Below are positions 8,120-17,842 of a stretch of 37,304 nt of DNA, in pieces. Both the position numbers and the translations under genes were made by a program. Origin of the DNA: Burkholderiaceae bacterium (GTDB lineage Bacteria; Pseudomonadota; Gammaproteobacteria; Burkholderiales; Burkholderiaceae_D); assembly GCA_035497775.1 (NCBI GenBank), contig DATJCV010000371.1:1-37304 (forward strand), written 5' to 3'. The notes beneath the pieces were generated by a model. The model searched no databases. It was not told the DNA's origin and worked only from the letters and a program-made list of their open reading frames with translations. How positions within the stretch are numbered: the first letter of the stretch is position 1; each line of letters begins with the position of its first letter.

Positions 8120-9328
8120 ATGAACACAGCCCCGCTCCAGAATCCGGCAGGCATCCTGCCGAACGCCCCGCCAGCGGCCCGGCAAAGCGGCGCCAGCACG
8201 GCGCAGACGCCCTTCAATCAGGTATTGTCCAATGAAGTCGCACAGCGGCGCGACGCCGCCAATGCCGACGGTAAGGCGGTGGACGCCGGGCCTACTGAAG
8301 GCGGCAAGGCGGCGGCCGCCACCGGCAGCGGCGCAACGGCAGATAAAAGCGCCGACGAAACCACGGCCGTCCCCACCGCACTGGTGATCGCCGGCTCGGC
8401 CGAACTGCTAGCGCTGGTCGCCGATCTGCAGCGCGGCAGCAACACTGCCGCCGATGACGGCGAAGACGGTGCCATCGCCGCCGGCATCACGGACAATCGG
8501 GACCCGGCGCCGGCAATCGACCCTGGCTTGCCGCGCGCAAGCTCGAAACAGGATGCCGTACCCGCGCTTGCCGACGGCAAGATCGAACTGCCGGCCGAGA
8601 GTCCGGCACCCAATGGCGGCAGGATCCAACCGGCGGCCGATGGCCCGATACCCAATAAAGGCAGGATCGAACTGCCAGCCCACGGCTCGGCGCCCGCCGG
8701 ATACGCCGCCGACCCGGCCCGGGATCCCGCCGTCAAGCCGGATGCAGCATTCGCCGCCGCCGTCAAGCAGGTCAGTGAAGCCAAGCCAGCTTTCGACCCG
8801 AATTCCGCCAAAAACCTGGAAGTGGCGACCGCAGCCGCCCAGTTTGCCCCAAGTGCCGTGCAAGCCAGCCACGATGTTTCCCCTCAGGCCGCCAGCAAGC
8901 TGGCGCCGCAAGTCGGCACGCCTGCCTGGGATTCGGCACTCGGACAAAAAGTGGTGTGGATGGCAGCCGGCGCTCAGCAAAGCGCATCGCTGAGCCTGAA
9001 CCCGCCGGAGCTGGGGCCGCTGCAAGTGGTCTTGCACGTCAACAATGCCCGCGCCGACGCCACCTTCATTTCCGCCCAGCCGGAAGTCCGGCAAGCGCTG
9101 GAAGCCGCCATGCCGCGCTTGCGCGAAATGATGAACGAGGCCGGCATCCAGCTCGGCCAGGCCAACGTCAGCACCGGCACCCCGGATCAGCAGCCGGCCT
9201 GGAGCGAACAGGCGCCGCACCATGACGGACGCGGCAGCGCAGCCAGCGGGCATGCCGATACGCCATTGCGTAGTGGCCATGTGCCAGTGACCGGCATGGG
9301 CCGCGGCCTGGTGGACACCTTCGCCTGA
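8120..9328 (+). CDS. fliK: flagellar hook-length control protein FliK
   Basis: 402 aa, with a Pro/Ala-rich centre. The C-terminal domain (LSLNPPELGPLQVVLHVNNARADATFISAQPEVRQALEAAMPRLREMMNEAGIQLGQANV) is typical of FliK. Confidence 0.85.
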   Translation: MNTAPLQNPAGILPNAPPAARQSGASTAQTPFNQVLSNEVAQRRDAANADGKAVDAGPTEGGKAAAATGSGATADKSADETTAVPTALVIAGSAELLALVADLQRGSNTAADDGEDGAIAAGITDNRDPAPAIDPGLPRASSKQDAVPALADGKIELPAESPAPNGGRIQPAADGPIPNKGRIELPAHGSAPAGYAADPARDPAVKPDAAFAAAVKQVSEAKPAFDPNSAKNLEVATAAAQFAPSAVQASHDVSPQAASKLAPQVGTPAWDSALGQKVVWMAAGAQQSASLSLNPPELGPLQVVLHVNNARADATFISAQPEVRQALEAAMPRLREMMNEAGIQLGQANVSTGTPDQQPAWSEQAPHHDGRGSAASGHADTPLRSGHVPVTGMGRGLVDTFA

Positions 9329-9372
9329 TAGCTCTTCTCCGCTGGCGCTACCCTTCATCTTCCGCCGGTTTC

Positions 9373-9394
9373 TGCCGATAAGCCTTTATCGGCA
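9373..9394. terminator. perfect inverted repeat downstream of fliK (hairpin, no U-tract)
   Basis: TGCCGATAA-GCCT-TTATCGGCA: a 9-bp stem with a 4-nt loop, 45 bp after the fliK stop. No T-run follows, so function as an intrinsic terminator is uncertain. Confidence 0.3.
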
Positions 9395-9596
9395 TCCCGG
9401 CGGACAGCGCAGGCAGCTCTCCGCAGCGCCATTCGCCGTCATTTTAATTGACCCGGCGCAACTTTCGTCGCCGGCATCGGGTAACATAAAAGCGCCGATC
9501 TAAAACGGCTTCAGCCCTCTCTTCTTCGCATGCGGGCTGCGGCTATTTACCGATAATGCACTAACCGGTTCGTCGCCACGGACCAGAGGAAACAGG

Positions 9597-10139
9597 ATGG
9601 CAACAGCAAGCCCGAGGAGCATTCCGCGCGCGGTACCCAGACCCGCTCCGGCGGCACCGCCGCCGCCCGAGCCGCAGGCAGAGACGCCGCGCAAATCGCG
9701 CAAGAAACTTTATCTGTTTCTGTTGCTGCTGGTCTTGATACTGGGCGGCGGCACGGCCGCTGCCTGGCTGTATTTCAAGCCGGCGATCACGACTGCCAAG
9801 GAGGTGCGCGAAGTGCCCAAGCCGCCGGTGTTCGCGGTCATCGAGCCGTTCACGGTCAACCTCAGCAGCGGCGAGGATGGCGAACAATACCTGCAGGTGG
9901 CCCTGACCCTGCAGGTGACGGACCAGGCCCAGGTGGACCGCATCAAGCTGTACATGCCGCAGGTGCGCAGCCGGATCCTGTTGTTATTGTCGAGCAAGAA
10001 AGCGAGCGAGATTTCCACTATCGAAGGCAAGAAAAAACTGTCCGATGACATCATCGTCCAACTCAACCTGCCTTTTGCACCGAACGGCGAACCGCAAAGC
10101 GTGTCCGATGTATTTTTTACCTCCTTCGTGATCCAGTAA
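9597..10139 (+). CDS. fliL: flagellar basal body-associated protein FliL
   Basis: 180 aa, with a single TM segment (LYLFLLLLVLILGGGTAAAWLYF). The FliL core (FTVNL...YLQV...LQV) is present. A GAGGAAACAGG RBS precedes the ATG. Confidence 0.85.
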   Translation: MATASPRSIPRAVPRPAPAAPPPPEPQAETPRKSRKKLYLFLLLLVLILGGGTAAAWLYFKPAITTAKEVREVPKPPVFAVIEPFTVNLSSGEDGEQYLQVALTLQVTDQAQVDRIKLYMPQVRSRILLLLSSKKASEISTIEGKKKLSDDIIVQLNLPFAPNGEPQSVSDVFFTSFVIQ

Positions 10140-10143
10140 GCTC

Positions 10144-11142
10144 ATGGCCGATAATTTTCTGTCCCAGGAAGAAGTCGATGCGCTGCTGAAAGGCGTCACC
10201 GGCGAACAGGATGAGGTGCGCCCGGCGGAAGACCCGTCCAGCATCCGTCCGTACAACCTGGCGACGCAGGAACGCATCGTGCGCGGCCGCATGCCGACGC
10301 TGGAGATCATCAACGAGCGCTTCGCGCGCCTGCTGCGCATCGGCCTGTTCAATTTCCTGCACCGCAGCTCGGAAATCTCGGTAGGGCCGGTGCGGGTGTC
10401 GAAATACAGCGAATTCATCCGCAACCTGGTGGTGCCGACCAACCTCAACCTGGTGCACATCAAGCCTTTCCGTGGTACCGCGCTAGTCGTGTTCGACCCG
10501 ACCCTGGTGTTCCTGATGGTGGACAACCTGTTCGGCGGCGACGGCCGCTTCCACACCCGGGTCGAGGGCCGCGACTTCACCCAAACCGAGCAGCGCATCA
10601 TCGCGCGCCTGTTGGACATCGTGTTCGAAACCTACTCCAAGTCATGGGAGCCGGTGTATCCGATCCAGTTCGAATACATCCGCTCCGAAATGAACACCCA
10701 GTTTGCCAACATCGCCACCCCCAACGAAGTGGTGGTGGCAACCACCTTCAACATCGAGCTGGGACAGGTTTCGGGCGAGTTGCACGTCTGCACGCCGTAC
10801 TCGATGATCGAGCCGGTGCGCGACCTGCTGACTTCCAGCCTGCAGGGCGAAACGCTGGAAGTGGACAAGCGCTGGATCCGCCTGATGACGCAGCAGATCC
10901 AGACCGCCGAAGTCGAAATCATCGCCGATCTGGGTGTCGCCAAGGTCACCCTGGGCGATATCCTGAACATGAAGGCCGGCGACATCATCCCGCTGGCGAT
11001 TCCGGAAACCGTGGCCGCCAAGGTGGACGGCGTACCGGTGATGGAGTGCAGCTACGGCAAGCTGAACGGCCAGTACGCGCTGCGCGTGGAAAAACTGCTG
11101 ACGCACGCCAATTCCGAATCTCAAGGAGACGAACATGTCTGA
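10144..11142 (+). CDS. fliM: flagellar motor switch protein FliM
   Basis: 332 aa. It carries the N-terminal CheY-P-binding motif LSQEEVDALL and a C-terminal FliN-like domain. Confidence 0.95.
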   Translation: MADNFLSQEEVDALLKGVTGEQDEVRPAEDPSSIRPYNLATQERIVRGRMPTLEIINERFARLLRIGLFNFLHRSSEISVGPVRVSKYSEFIRNLVVPTNLNLVHIKPFRGTALVVFDPTLVFLMVDNLFGGDGRFHTRVEGRDFTQTEQRIIARLLDIVFETYSKSWEPVYPIQFEYIRSEMNTQFANIATPNEVVVATTFNIELGQVSGELHVCTPYSMIEPVRDLLTSSLQGETLEVDKRWIRLMTQQIQTAEVEIIADLGVAKVTLGDILNMKAGDIIPLAIPETVAAKVDGVPVMECSYGKLNGQYALRVEKLLTHANSESQGDEHV

Positions 11143-11551
11143 TACTGCCGATACCCAGGCCATCTCGGAAGACGACTGGGGCGCCGCCATCGCCGAGCAG
11201 GCGCAGGCCGAGGCCGCGGCGCAAGCCAAGAGCGCCAGCGCCGACGTATTCCAGGATTTTGCCAGCCCTTTGGGGCGAACCGACACCCATAACGATATCG
11301 ATTTCATTCTCGATATCCCGGTCCAACTGACGGTCGAGCTGGGACGTACCAAGATCGCCATCAAGAACCTGCTGCAGCTGGCGCAAGGCTCGGTGGTCGA
11401 GCTGGACGGCCTGGCTGGCGAACCGATGGACGTGCTGGTCAATGGCTGCCTGATCGCCCAGGGCGAAGTGGTGGTGGTGAATGACAAGTTCGGCATCCGC
11501 TTGACTGACGTCATCACGCCGTCGGAACGCATCCGCAAGCTCAACAAATGA
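11135..11551 (+). CDS. fliN: flagellar motor switch protein FliN
   Basis: 138 aa, with a SpoA-type C-terminal domain (PVQLTVELGRTKIAIKNLLQLAQGSVVELD...). An AAGGAG RBS is present. Confidence 0.95.
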   Translation: MSDTADTQAISEDDWGAAIAEQAQAEAAAQAKSASADVFQDFASPLGRTDTHNDIDFILDIPVQLTVELGRTKIAIKNLLQLAQGSVVELDGLAGEPMDVLVNGCLIAQGEVVVVNDKFGIRLTDVITPSERIRKLNK

Positions 11552-11991
11552 GCGGTTTCCGATGGCTGGCAATGCCGCTGATGCTGGCGGCAGCAGCGGT
11601 GCGGGCAGCGGAAGCCACCCTACCGGCCGCAACGCCGGCAGCCGCCGCCGCGCCGTCGGCCGGCAGCCTGTTGCAGGTCTTGCTCGGCCTGATCGTGGTG
11701 CTGGCGCTGATGGCCGCCGCCGTCTGGCTGATGAAGCGCTTCGGCATTGCCCGTGGCGCCGGCAATTCGGTGGTGAAGATCGTCGGTGGCATTTCGGTCG
11801 GCAACCGCGAACGGGTGTTGGTGCTGGAAGTGGCCGACCAATGGATCGTGGTCGGCGTTGCTGCCGGCCGCGTCAGTGCGCTGGCCAGCATGCCGCGCCA
11901 GGAACACAGCGCGGCAACCGCTGCTGTTCCCGCCGCCAGCTTTTCCGGCTGGCTGAAACAAACCATCGACAAGCGCAATGGCAACCAGTAA
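11548..11991 (+). CDS. fliO: flagellar biosynthesis protein FliO
   Basis: 147 aa with a single TM helix ([22 protein letters not shown]). It has an ATGA overlap with fliN and sits immediately upstream of fliP. Confidence 0.75.
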   Translation: MSGFRWLAMPLMLAAAAVRAAEATLPAATPAAAAAPSAGSLLQVLLGLIVVLALMAAAVWLMKRFGIARGAGNSVVKIVGGISVGNRERVLVLEVADQWIVVGVAAGRVSALASMPRQEHSAATAAVPAASFSGWLKQTIDKRNGNQ

Positions 11992-12781
11992 GCACTCCGT
12001 TTTCGTTGCGCCGCAATCCCCTAACTCTGCATCGATCGCCAGCGCAGCGCGGCGCTGGCTGCCGCTGGCCCTGCTCTGCCTGCCGCTGCTGGCGGGCGCG
12101 CAGCAGGCCGGCCTGCCCGCATTGACCAGCACCCCGACGCCGGGCGGCGGCCAGTCATATACCCTCAGCCTGCAAACGCTGCTGCTGTTGACCGCGCTGT
12201 CGTTCCTGCCGGCGGTGCTGCTGATGATGACCAGCTTCACCCGCATCATCATCGTGCTGTCGATCCTGCGCCAGGCGATCGGCACGCAGTCGGCGCCGCC
12301 GAACCAGGTGCTGGTCGGGCTGGCGCTGTTCCTGACGCTGTTCGTGATGGGGCCGGTGTTCGACAACATCTACACCGAGGCCTGGCAGCCGCTGCAGGAA
12401 GACAAGATCACGATGACGGAGGCGCTCGACAAGGGCGTGGCGCCGCTGAAGGCGTTCATGATGAAGCAGACCCGGCAATCCGACCTGGCGCTGTATGTGA
12501 AACTGTCGAACAGCGCCCAGCCGCAGGGACCGGAAGACGTGTCGCTGCGGGTACTGGTGCCGGCCTTCGTCACCAGCGAATTGAAGACCGCGTTCCAGAT
12601 CAGCTTCGCCATCTTCATCCCGTTCCTGATCATCGACATGGTGGTCGCCAGCGTCCTGATGTCGATGGGGATGATGATGGTGTCGCCGGCGATCGTCTCG
12701 CTGCCGTTCAAGCTGATGCTGTTCGTGCTGGTGGACGGCTGGCAGTTGTTGATCGGCTCGCTGGCACAGAGCTTCTACTGA
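11978..12781 (+). CDS. fliP: flagellar export apparatus protein FliP
   Basis: 267 aa with a signal-like N-terminus. Conserved FliP blocks are present ([36 protein letters not shown]). Confidence 0.95.
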   Translation: MATSKHSVFVAPQSPNSASIASAARRWLPLALLCLPLLAGAQQAGLPALTSTPTPGGGQSYTLSLQTLLLLTALSFLPAVLLMMTSFTRIIIVLSILRQAIGTQSAPPNQVLVGLALFLTLFVMGPVFDNIYTEAWQPLQEDKITMTEALDKGVAPLKAFMMKQTRQSDLALYVKLSNSAQPQGPEDVSLRVLVPAFVTSELKTAFQISFAIFIPFLIIDMVVASVLMSMGMMMVSPAIVSLPFKLMLFVLVDGWQLLIGSLAQSFY

Positions 12782-12791
12782 GGAAATTGGA

Positions 12792-13061
12792 ATGACCCCG
12801 GAAAGCGTGATGACCATGGGCCGGCAGGCGGTGGAAGTGATGTTGATGGTGGCCGCGCCGCTGTTGCTGGTGGCGCTGGCGATCGGCCTGGTGGTCAGCA
12901 TTTTCCAGGCCGCGACCCAGATCAATGAAATGACGCTGTCGTTCATTCCCAAGCTGGTCGGCATCTTCGTCGCGCTGGTGCTGGCCGGGCCGTGGATCCT
13001 GTCGGTCATGCTGGACTACATGCGCCACATGCTGACCAGCATCCCCAGCCTGATCGGCTAG
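12792..13061 (+). CDS. fliQ: flagellar export apparatus protein FliQ
   Basis: 89 aa with two TM helices. It sits between fliP and fliR and has a GAGGAAA RBS. Confidence 0.9.
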   Translation: MTPESVMTMGRQAVEVMLMVAAPLLLVALAIGLVVSIFQAATQINEMTLSFIPKLVGIFVALVLAGPWILSVMLDYMRHMLTSIPSLIG

Positions 13062-13108
13062 GGCGCCGCCAGCGCGCAGCGCCCGCCCCGTCCGCCGACA
13101 TCTACCTG

Positions 13109-13906
13109 ATGATCACCGTCTCCAGCGCCGAACTGCAGGCATGGATCGCCGGCCTGTTGTGGCCGCTGTCGCGCATCCTCGGCCTGATCATGGTGGCGCC
13201 GCTGTTTTCCAACCGCAGCATACCGATGCGGGTGCGGGTTGCGCTCGGCATCATGATCGCACTGATCGTGGCGCCTACCGTGACCAACGTGCCGGCGATC
13301 GACCCGATGTCCGTCGCCGGCATTTTACTGCTGGCGCAGCAAATGGTGATCGGCATGGCGATGGGCTTTGCCATGCGCCTGGTGTTTGCCGCGGTCGAGA
13401 TGGCCGGCGAGATGACCGGAATGACCATGGGCCTGGGTTTTGCGACGTTTTTTGATCCGCAATCGCAAGGACGCTCGTCGGCCGTCAGCCAGTTCCTGGC
13501 GCTTCTGATGTTGATGATCTACCTCGCCGCCAACGTTCACCTGGTGCTGCTGTCGGTGCTGGTGGAGAGCTTTTCGGCGCTGCCGGTCTCGCCGGCGCCG
13601 CTGGAGGGCGAAGCAATCCGGCAACTGGTGCTGGCAGGCGGGCGCATCTTCAACCTCGGGGTGCAACTGGCGCTGCCGATGGTGGCGGCGCTGTTGATGA
13701 CCAACATGGCGCTCGGCATCCTGACCCGCGCGGCGCCGCAGTTGAACCTGTTCGGCATCGGTTTTCCAGTCACGCTGACGGTCGGCTTCATTCTGATCGC
13801 GCTGTCGCTGCCCTATCTGGCGACGCCAATGGAGCGCTTGCTGCAGGATGGAATCGAGCTGGTACGGCACTTGGGCAGCATGCCGCCGGCTGTCCCAGCA
13901 CAGTGA
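13109..13906 (+). CDS. fliR: flagellar export apparatus protein FliR
   Basis: 265 aa polytopic membrane protein starting MITVSSAELQAWIAGLLWPL. The ORF in the track opens at 12992, but that extension overlaps fliQ and is non-membrane-like. Confidence 0.9.
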   Translation: MITVSSAELQAWIAGLLWPLSRILGLIMVAPLFSNRSIPMRVRVALGIMIALIVAPTVTNVPAIDPMSVAGILLLAQQMVIGMAMGFAMRLVFAAVEMAGEMTGMTMGLGFATFFDPQSQGRSSAVSQFLALLMLMIYLAANVHLVLLSVLVESFSALPVSPAPLEGEAIRQLVLAGGRIFNLGVQLALPMVAALLMTNMALGILTRAAPQLNLFGIGFPVTLTVGFILIALSLPYLATPMERLLQDGIELVRHLGSMPPAVPAQ

Positions 13907-13913
13907 TTAAGGA

Positions 13914-13979
13914 TGGAGTATGCTGCTTTTCCGGACGTTTATAAACCGGAACGGGACGGCACCTTCAGGAGTATATGCC
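13914..13979 (+). repeat. bipartite GGAGTAT-N46-GGAGTAT element, copy E2
   Basis: The a-site is TGGAGTATGCTGC (core 13915..13921) and the b-site is AGGAGTATATGCC (core 13968..13974). The cores are exactly 53 bp apart. The copy fills the 84-bp gap between the convergent stops of fliR and flgL. Confidence 0.7.
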
Positions 13980-13990
13980 GGACGACCGTT

Positions 13991-14914
13991 CTACATGTAC
14001 TGGAACAGGGATAATCCAGAGGCGCTGACGTACGCCTTTTGCGCCGCCTGCAGGGTGATCTGCTGCTGCATCAACCGCGAATAGGCTTCCACCGGGTCCA
14101 GGCCGATCAGATCGGACAGGTTCTGCTGGTACTGGATGTCGCGCGCACTGCCGGTGTCATCCAGCGCATCGATTTCGTTCAGGCGGGCGCCGATCGAGGC
14201 GCGCACGGTGAGCACGTTGTCCAGGGTCTTGTCGAGATTGCCGTTGGCGGTAGCCAGATCCGCCGCGAGCTTGGCCTTGCCGGCATCGTCCACCACCGGC
14301 GTTTCCAGCAGCGTGATCAGGTCCTGCAGGGTCTTGAAAATATCTTCGCCTGGCTTGCCATCGCCCTGGAATATCTTCTGCCCGGAATCGCTGATATCCA
14401 TCGTGCGCGCGGCCTCGACCTGCAACTGGCGGCGCTCGGCGTCGCCCTGGTACTGGGCGCCGGCGGTGGTTTTGGAAAACGCCGGGGTGGTCACCTGATA
14501 GCCGGAAAACAGGTAATTGCCGGAGCCGTCGGTACTGTTCGCCAGCCCCAGCAATTCGTCGAAACGGCCGCGCAATTCGGTCGCGATCGAAGCACGGTCA
14601 CTGTCTTTCAAGCCGCCGTTGCCGGCGCGGACGATTGCCCCCTTGAGGTCGTGCAGCAGCGGCGTCACCCCTTGCAGCGTGCTTTCGACCATCATCAGCG
14701 AAGTCTTGGCATTCTGGCGGTTGACGCCGTACTGCTGGTTGACCGCCTGCGCCTGCGAGACGTCGAGCGCGCGCGCGGCGGCAACCGCATCGTCGGCCGG
14801 CGTCAGCACGCGGCGATTGGTGCTGATCTGCTGCATGGTCTTGTTCAAGGCCGACTGCAGGTCGCCGATCCGGCCGGCGCCGGTCTCAAACATGATGTTG
14901 CTGGAAACGCGCAT
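13991..14914 (-). CDS. flgL: flagellar hook-filament junction protein FlgL
   Basis: 307 aa, with flagellin-like N- and C-terminal helices (MRVSSNIMFE..., ...LQAAQKAYVSASGLSLFQYM). It follows flgK. Confidence 0.9.
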   Translation of the reverse strand: MRVSSNIMFETGAGRIGDLQSALNKTMQQISTNRRVLTPADDAVAAARALDVSQAQAVNQQYGVNRQNAKTSLMMVESTLQGVTPLLHDLKGAIVRAGNGGLKDSDRASIATELRGRFDELLGLANSTDGSGNYLFSGYQVTTPAFSKTTAGAQYQGDAERRQLQVEAARTMDISDSGQKIFQGDGKPGEDIFKTLQDLITLLETPVVDDAGKAKLAADLATANGNLDKTLDNVLTVRASIGARLNEIDALDDTGSARDIQYQQNLSDLIGLDPVEAYSRLMQQQITLQAAQKAYVSASGLSLFQYM

Positions 14915-14926
14915 GATGAATCGCCT

Positions 14927-16855
14927 TTAACGACCGAGTGACAACAAGGTATCGAACATGGTGCTGGCGGTCTGCATGACCTTGGCCGCCGCCTGGTAAG
15001 CCTGCTGGAAACGCATGATGTTGGCCGCTTCCTCGTCCAGGTTGACGCCGGATTCCGCTTGCTGCGCCTGGCGCGCCGACGCCAGTTGACTGGCTTCGGC
15101 GGTGCGGTTCACATCCAGTTCGTGGGTCTTGTTGCCGATCAGGCTGACCAGTTGCGAGTAAGCGCCCTGATAGCTGGCGGTGCCGCCGATCAGCGTGTTT
15201 TTGGTCTGCAGTTCGCCCAGTTTCAGTGCGTTGCCGTTGTCGCCGACATTGTTGTTGGGGCGCAGGATGAAGGTGTCGCCATCCTTCAAGTCGTCGCCGC
15301 TGATGGTGAAATTGATACCGCGAATAGTGATGGTTGCGCCGTCGGTGTAGTCGACCGGCGTCTCGACAGTCCCGGCCGGCATCAGCGTCACCGTAAAGCC
15401 GGGCGGGGTTGCCAGCGCATCGTATTTGAGCGTGAGCGTCTCTCCCCGCTGCAAAGGCGCGCCGGCGTAGCTGGCGTCGACCCCGCTCACCTGGATCGCG
15501 CCGTTGCCGGTATTGCCGCTCCCGATGGACGACAGAACCGGGTTGGCCGGTGCGCCGGCCGCCGCGATTTTGGTGGTGTCGCTGATCAGGACTTTGAATT
15601 GTTCCGCTCCATTCGCGGTTGGCTTGATCAGGAAGCTGTCGCCAGCCGCGGGCGTACCGGAAGCCAAGCTGAAATCGACGCCGTCGATGGTTTGCGGAAA
15701 AGTGCTGAAGGTGGTGACGGCGCCATCCGACAGCCGCGTCACCTTATAGTTGCTGCCGTCATATTGCAGCCGGTAATTGCTGGTGGTTAGCTTGGAGGGA
15801 TCGCTGATGGCGGCAGCCATCGCCGCGTCGCCGGTGTTATTCTTGTTTTTGCTGACGGCCGGCTGTCCCACCGCGAAAAATTTTCCTCCGGCGTCGCCGT
15901 TCTGATCCACCCCTTGCATGTGCTGGGCGTTGAAATCCGTCGCCAAACCGATCGCCACCCGTCCCAGCGCGTTTTGCGCCACATCCAGCGTTTGCGAGCG
16001 GAATTCGAACAAGCCGCCGAGCTTGCCGCCGGCCAGCGTGCTCTCCGGCAGCAACGAGATGCTGCCGTTCCTGTTGAGATATCCGACCTGCAGCCGTCCG
16101 GCATCGTCCGGCGCCGGCGCCGTGGTCAGCGAAAAAGCCTCGGTGCCCAGCACCAGCGGCTGGCCGTTGCCGATCGACACGCCATAGCTGTTGCCATCCT
16201 GCTTGACCACGGTCGCCTTGACTTCCTTGTTGAGATCGGCGATCACCTGGTCGCGCTGATCCAGCAAGTCGTTCGGCGGCTGGCCGCCGACGCTGGCCTT
16301 CTGGATCGCGTCATTCAACTGCGCGATCTGGCGCGCATAGGCGTTGATGCTGGTGACGCTGGCGGTGATCTGGCTGTTGACGTCTTCGCGGCTGGCGGTC
16401 AGTTGGCTGTCGAGGCTCTGGAAGCGCGCCGCCAGCGTCTGCGCACCGGACAGCATTGCCTGGCGCGACGCCGCAATGTTCGGATTGGCAGTCAGATCCT
16501 GTATGTCCTTGAAAAAACCTTGCAAGGCCGGCGACAGGCCGGCGGCGGTATCGGCCAGCAGGTTGTCGATGCGGCTGATCTGCGCATGGTAGGTGTCGAG
16601 CGCGCTTTTTGCAGTTTGCGAGGCCACCACCTGGTTATTCAGAAATTCGTTATAGACGCGCAGGACGGTAGTCACCTGGACCCCCTGTCCCATGAAGCCG
16701 AATCCGAGATTCTGGGCATTCGCGGTGCTCTGGATCGCCACCTGGCGGTTGTAGCCCGGGGTTGCGGCGTTGGCAATGTTGTGCCCGGCCGTACTGAGCC
16801 CGACCTGGGCCGCGCTCAGGGCGCTCTTGCCGATACTGAGGATGTTCGAACCCAT
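14927..16855 (-). CDS. flgK: flagellar hook-filament junction protein FlgK
   Basis: 642 aa starting MGSNILSIGKSALSAAQVGL, with the GHNIANAATPGYNRQ motif. The ORF opens at 16912, but the ATG at 16855 has an RBS-like AGAAGAAGAG and matches the conserved N-terminus. Confidence 0.9.
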   Translation of the reverse strand: MGSNILSIGKSALSAAQVGLSTAGHNIANAATPGYNRQVAIQSTANAQNLGFGFMGQGVQVTTVLRVYNEFLNNQVVASQTAKSALDTYHAQISRIDNLLADTAAGLSPALQGFFKDIQDLTANPNIAASRQAMLSGAQTLAARFQSLDSQLTASREDVNSQITASVTSINAYARQIAQLNDAIQKASVGGQPPNDLLDQRDQVIADLNKEVKATVVKQDGNSYGVSIGNGQPLVLGTEAFSLTTAPAPDDAGRLQVGYLNRNGSISLLPESTLAGGKLGGLFEFRSQTLDVAQNALGRVAIGLATDFNAQHMQGVDQNGDAGGKFFAVGQPAVSKNKNNTGDAAMAAAISDPSKLTTSNYRLQYDGSNYKVTRLSDGAVTTFSTFPQTIDGVDFSLASGTPAAGDSFLIKPTANGAEQFKVLISDTTKIAAAGAPANPVLSSIGSGNTGNGAIQVSGVDASYAGAPLQRGETLTLKYDALATPPGFTVTLMPAGTVETPVDYTDGATITIRGINFTISGDDLKDGDTFILRPNNNVGDNGNALKLGELQTKNTLIGGTASYQGAYSQLVSLIGNKTHELDVNRTAEASQLASARQAQQAESGVNLDEEAANIMRFQQAYQAAAKVMQTASTMFDTLLSLGR

Positions 16856-16927
16856 GTTCTCTTCTTCTGTGGTGGTACGGCGCGCGGACTGCCGATACCG
16901 TGTCATCGGCATTGGCGCCGAAAAACT

Positions 16928-17836
16928 TTAACCGCCGCTTGCGCGGGCCGAGCCGGCAGAGGTCTGGGCAATGACGCGGGTCAGCTTGGCGGCGTAATCC
17001 GGATCGGTCGCATAGCCGGCGTTTTGCAGCCCCTGGGCAAAACCCTTCACGTCCTGCGCATTGGCCAGCACGTTTTCATAGCGTGGATTGTTGCGCAACA
17101 ACCTGGCGTAGTCGCGGAACGAATCGGCATACGAATCGTAGGCGCGGAATTTCTCTACCCTCTTTTGCGGCACGCCATTCACGTATTCGGTGGTGGTGGC
17201 TTCCACCACCCGGCCGTTCCAGTTGCCGCTGGCCTTGATGCCAAACAGGTTGTGACTCGGAGTGCCGTCGGCCGCGGTGATCTGGCGCTTGCCCCAGCCG
17301 CTTTCCAGCGCCGCCTGGCCCAGCATGAATTTGGCCGGAATGCCGGTACTGCGGCTGGCTTCCTCGGCCTCGGGCCCTAGCCGCGACAGGAAGGCCTGCA
17401 CATGCGGCGGCTGCGACGAATTGGCGACCGGCGCCAGCATCGGATTCGGCCGCGGCGGCAACGCGGCGACGCCATTGCGGGCCGGAACCGCCGTAGCGGG
17501 CGCGCCCGCCGCATCGGCAGCCGGCTTGCCGACGGTATTCGATAACTGCCGGATCAACACATCGGCCAGGCCGACCCCTCTGGATGCCATGCTCTGGCTC
17601 AATTGCTGATCCAGCATCGAAGTAAACATCCGGCTTTGCTGGTTGTCGAACACGCCGTCCTGCGGCGTGGCGTCGCGCATGCTCTTCATGACCATGTTCA
17701 TGAACAGCGCTTCGAACTGGCGCGCGGTGGCTTTCAGCGCTTCCGGCGAGTTCTGCCGCGCCGCCTGGCGCAAGTCGCCGACGCTCTTGCCGTCGATGGC
17801 GAGCTGGCCGGACAAATTATTGGCGGCGTTGAGCAT
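16928..17836 (-). CDS. flgJ: flagellar rod assembly protein / peptidoglycan hydrolase FlgJ
   Basis: 302 aa. It has an N-terminal rod-binding domain (ARQFEALFMNMVMKSMRDA) and a C-terminal glucosaminidase domain (LGQAALESGWGK...NLFGIKA). Confidence 0.9.
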   Translation of the reverse strand: MLNAANNLSGQLAIDGKSVGDLRQAARQNSPEALKATARQFEALFMNMVMKSMRDATPQDGVFDNQQSRMFTSMLDQQLSQSMASRGVGLADVLIRQLSNTVGKPAADAAGAPATAVPARNGVAALPPRPNPMLAPVANSSQPPHVQAFLSRLGPEAEEASRSTGIPAKFMLGQAALESGWGKRQITAADGTPSHNLFGIKASGNWNGRVVEATTTEYVNGVPQKRVEKFRAYDSYADSFRDYARLLRNNPRYENVLANAQDVKGFAQGLQNAGYATDPDYAAKLTRVIAQTSAGSARASGG

Positions 17837-17842
17837 GACTTA

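Noticed and set aside
9549-9556. ACCGATAA upstream of fliL, and GCCGATAA overlapping the fliM start codon (10146..10153), as possible sigma-28 -10 elements.
   Set aside because: Neither has a TAAA -35 element at the required distance. The fliM instance is simply the codons Ala-Asp-Asn of the conserved N-terminus.
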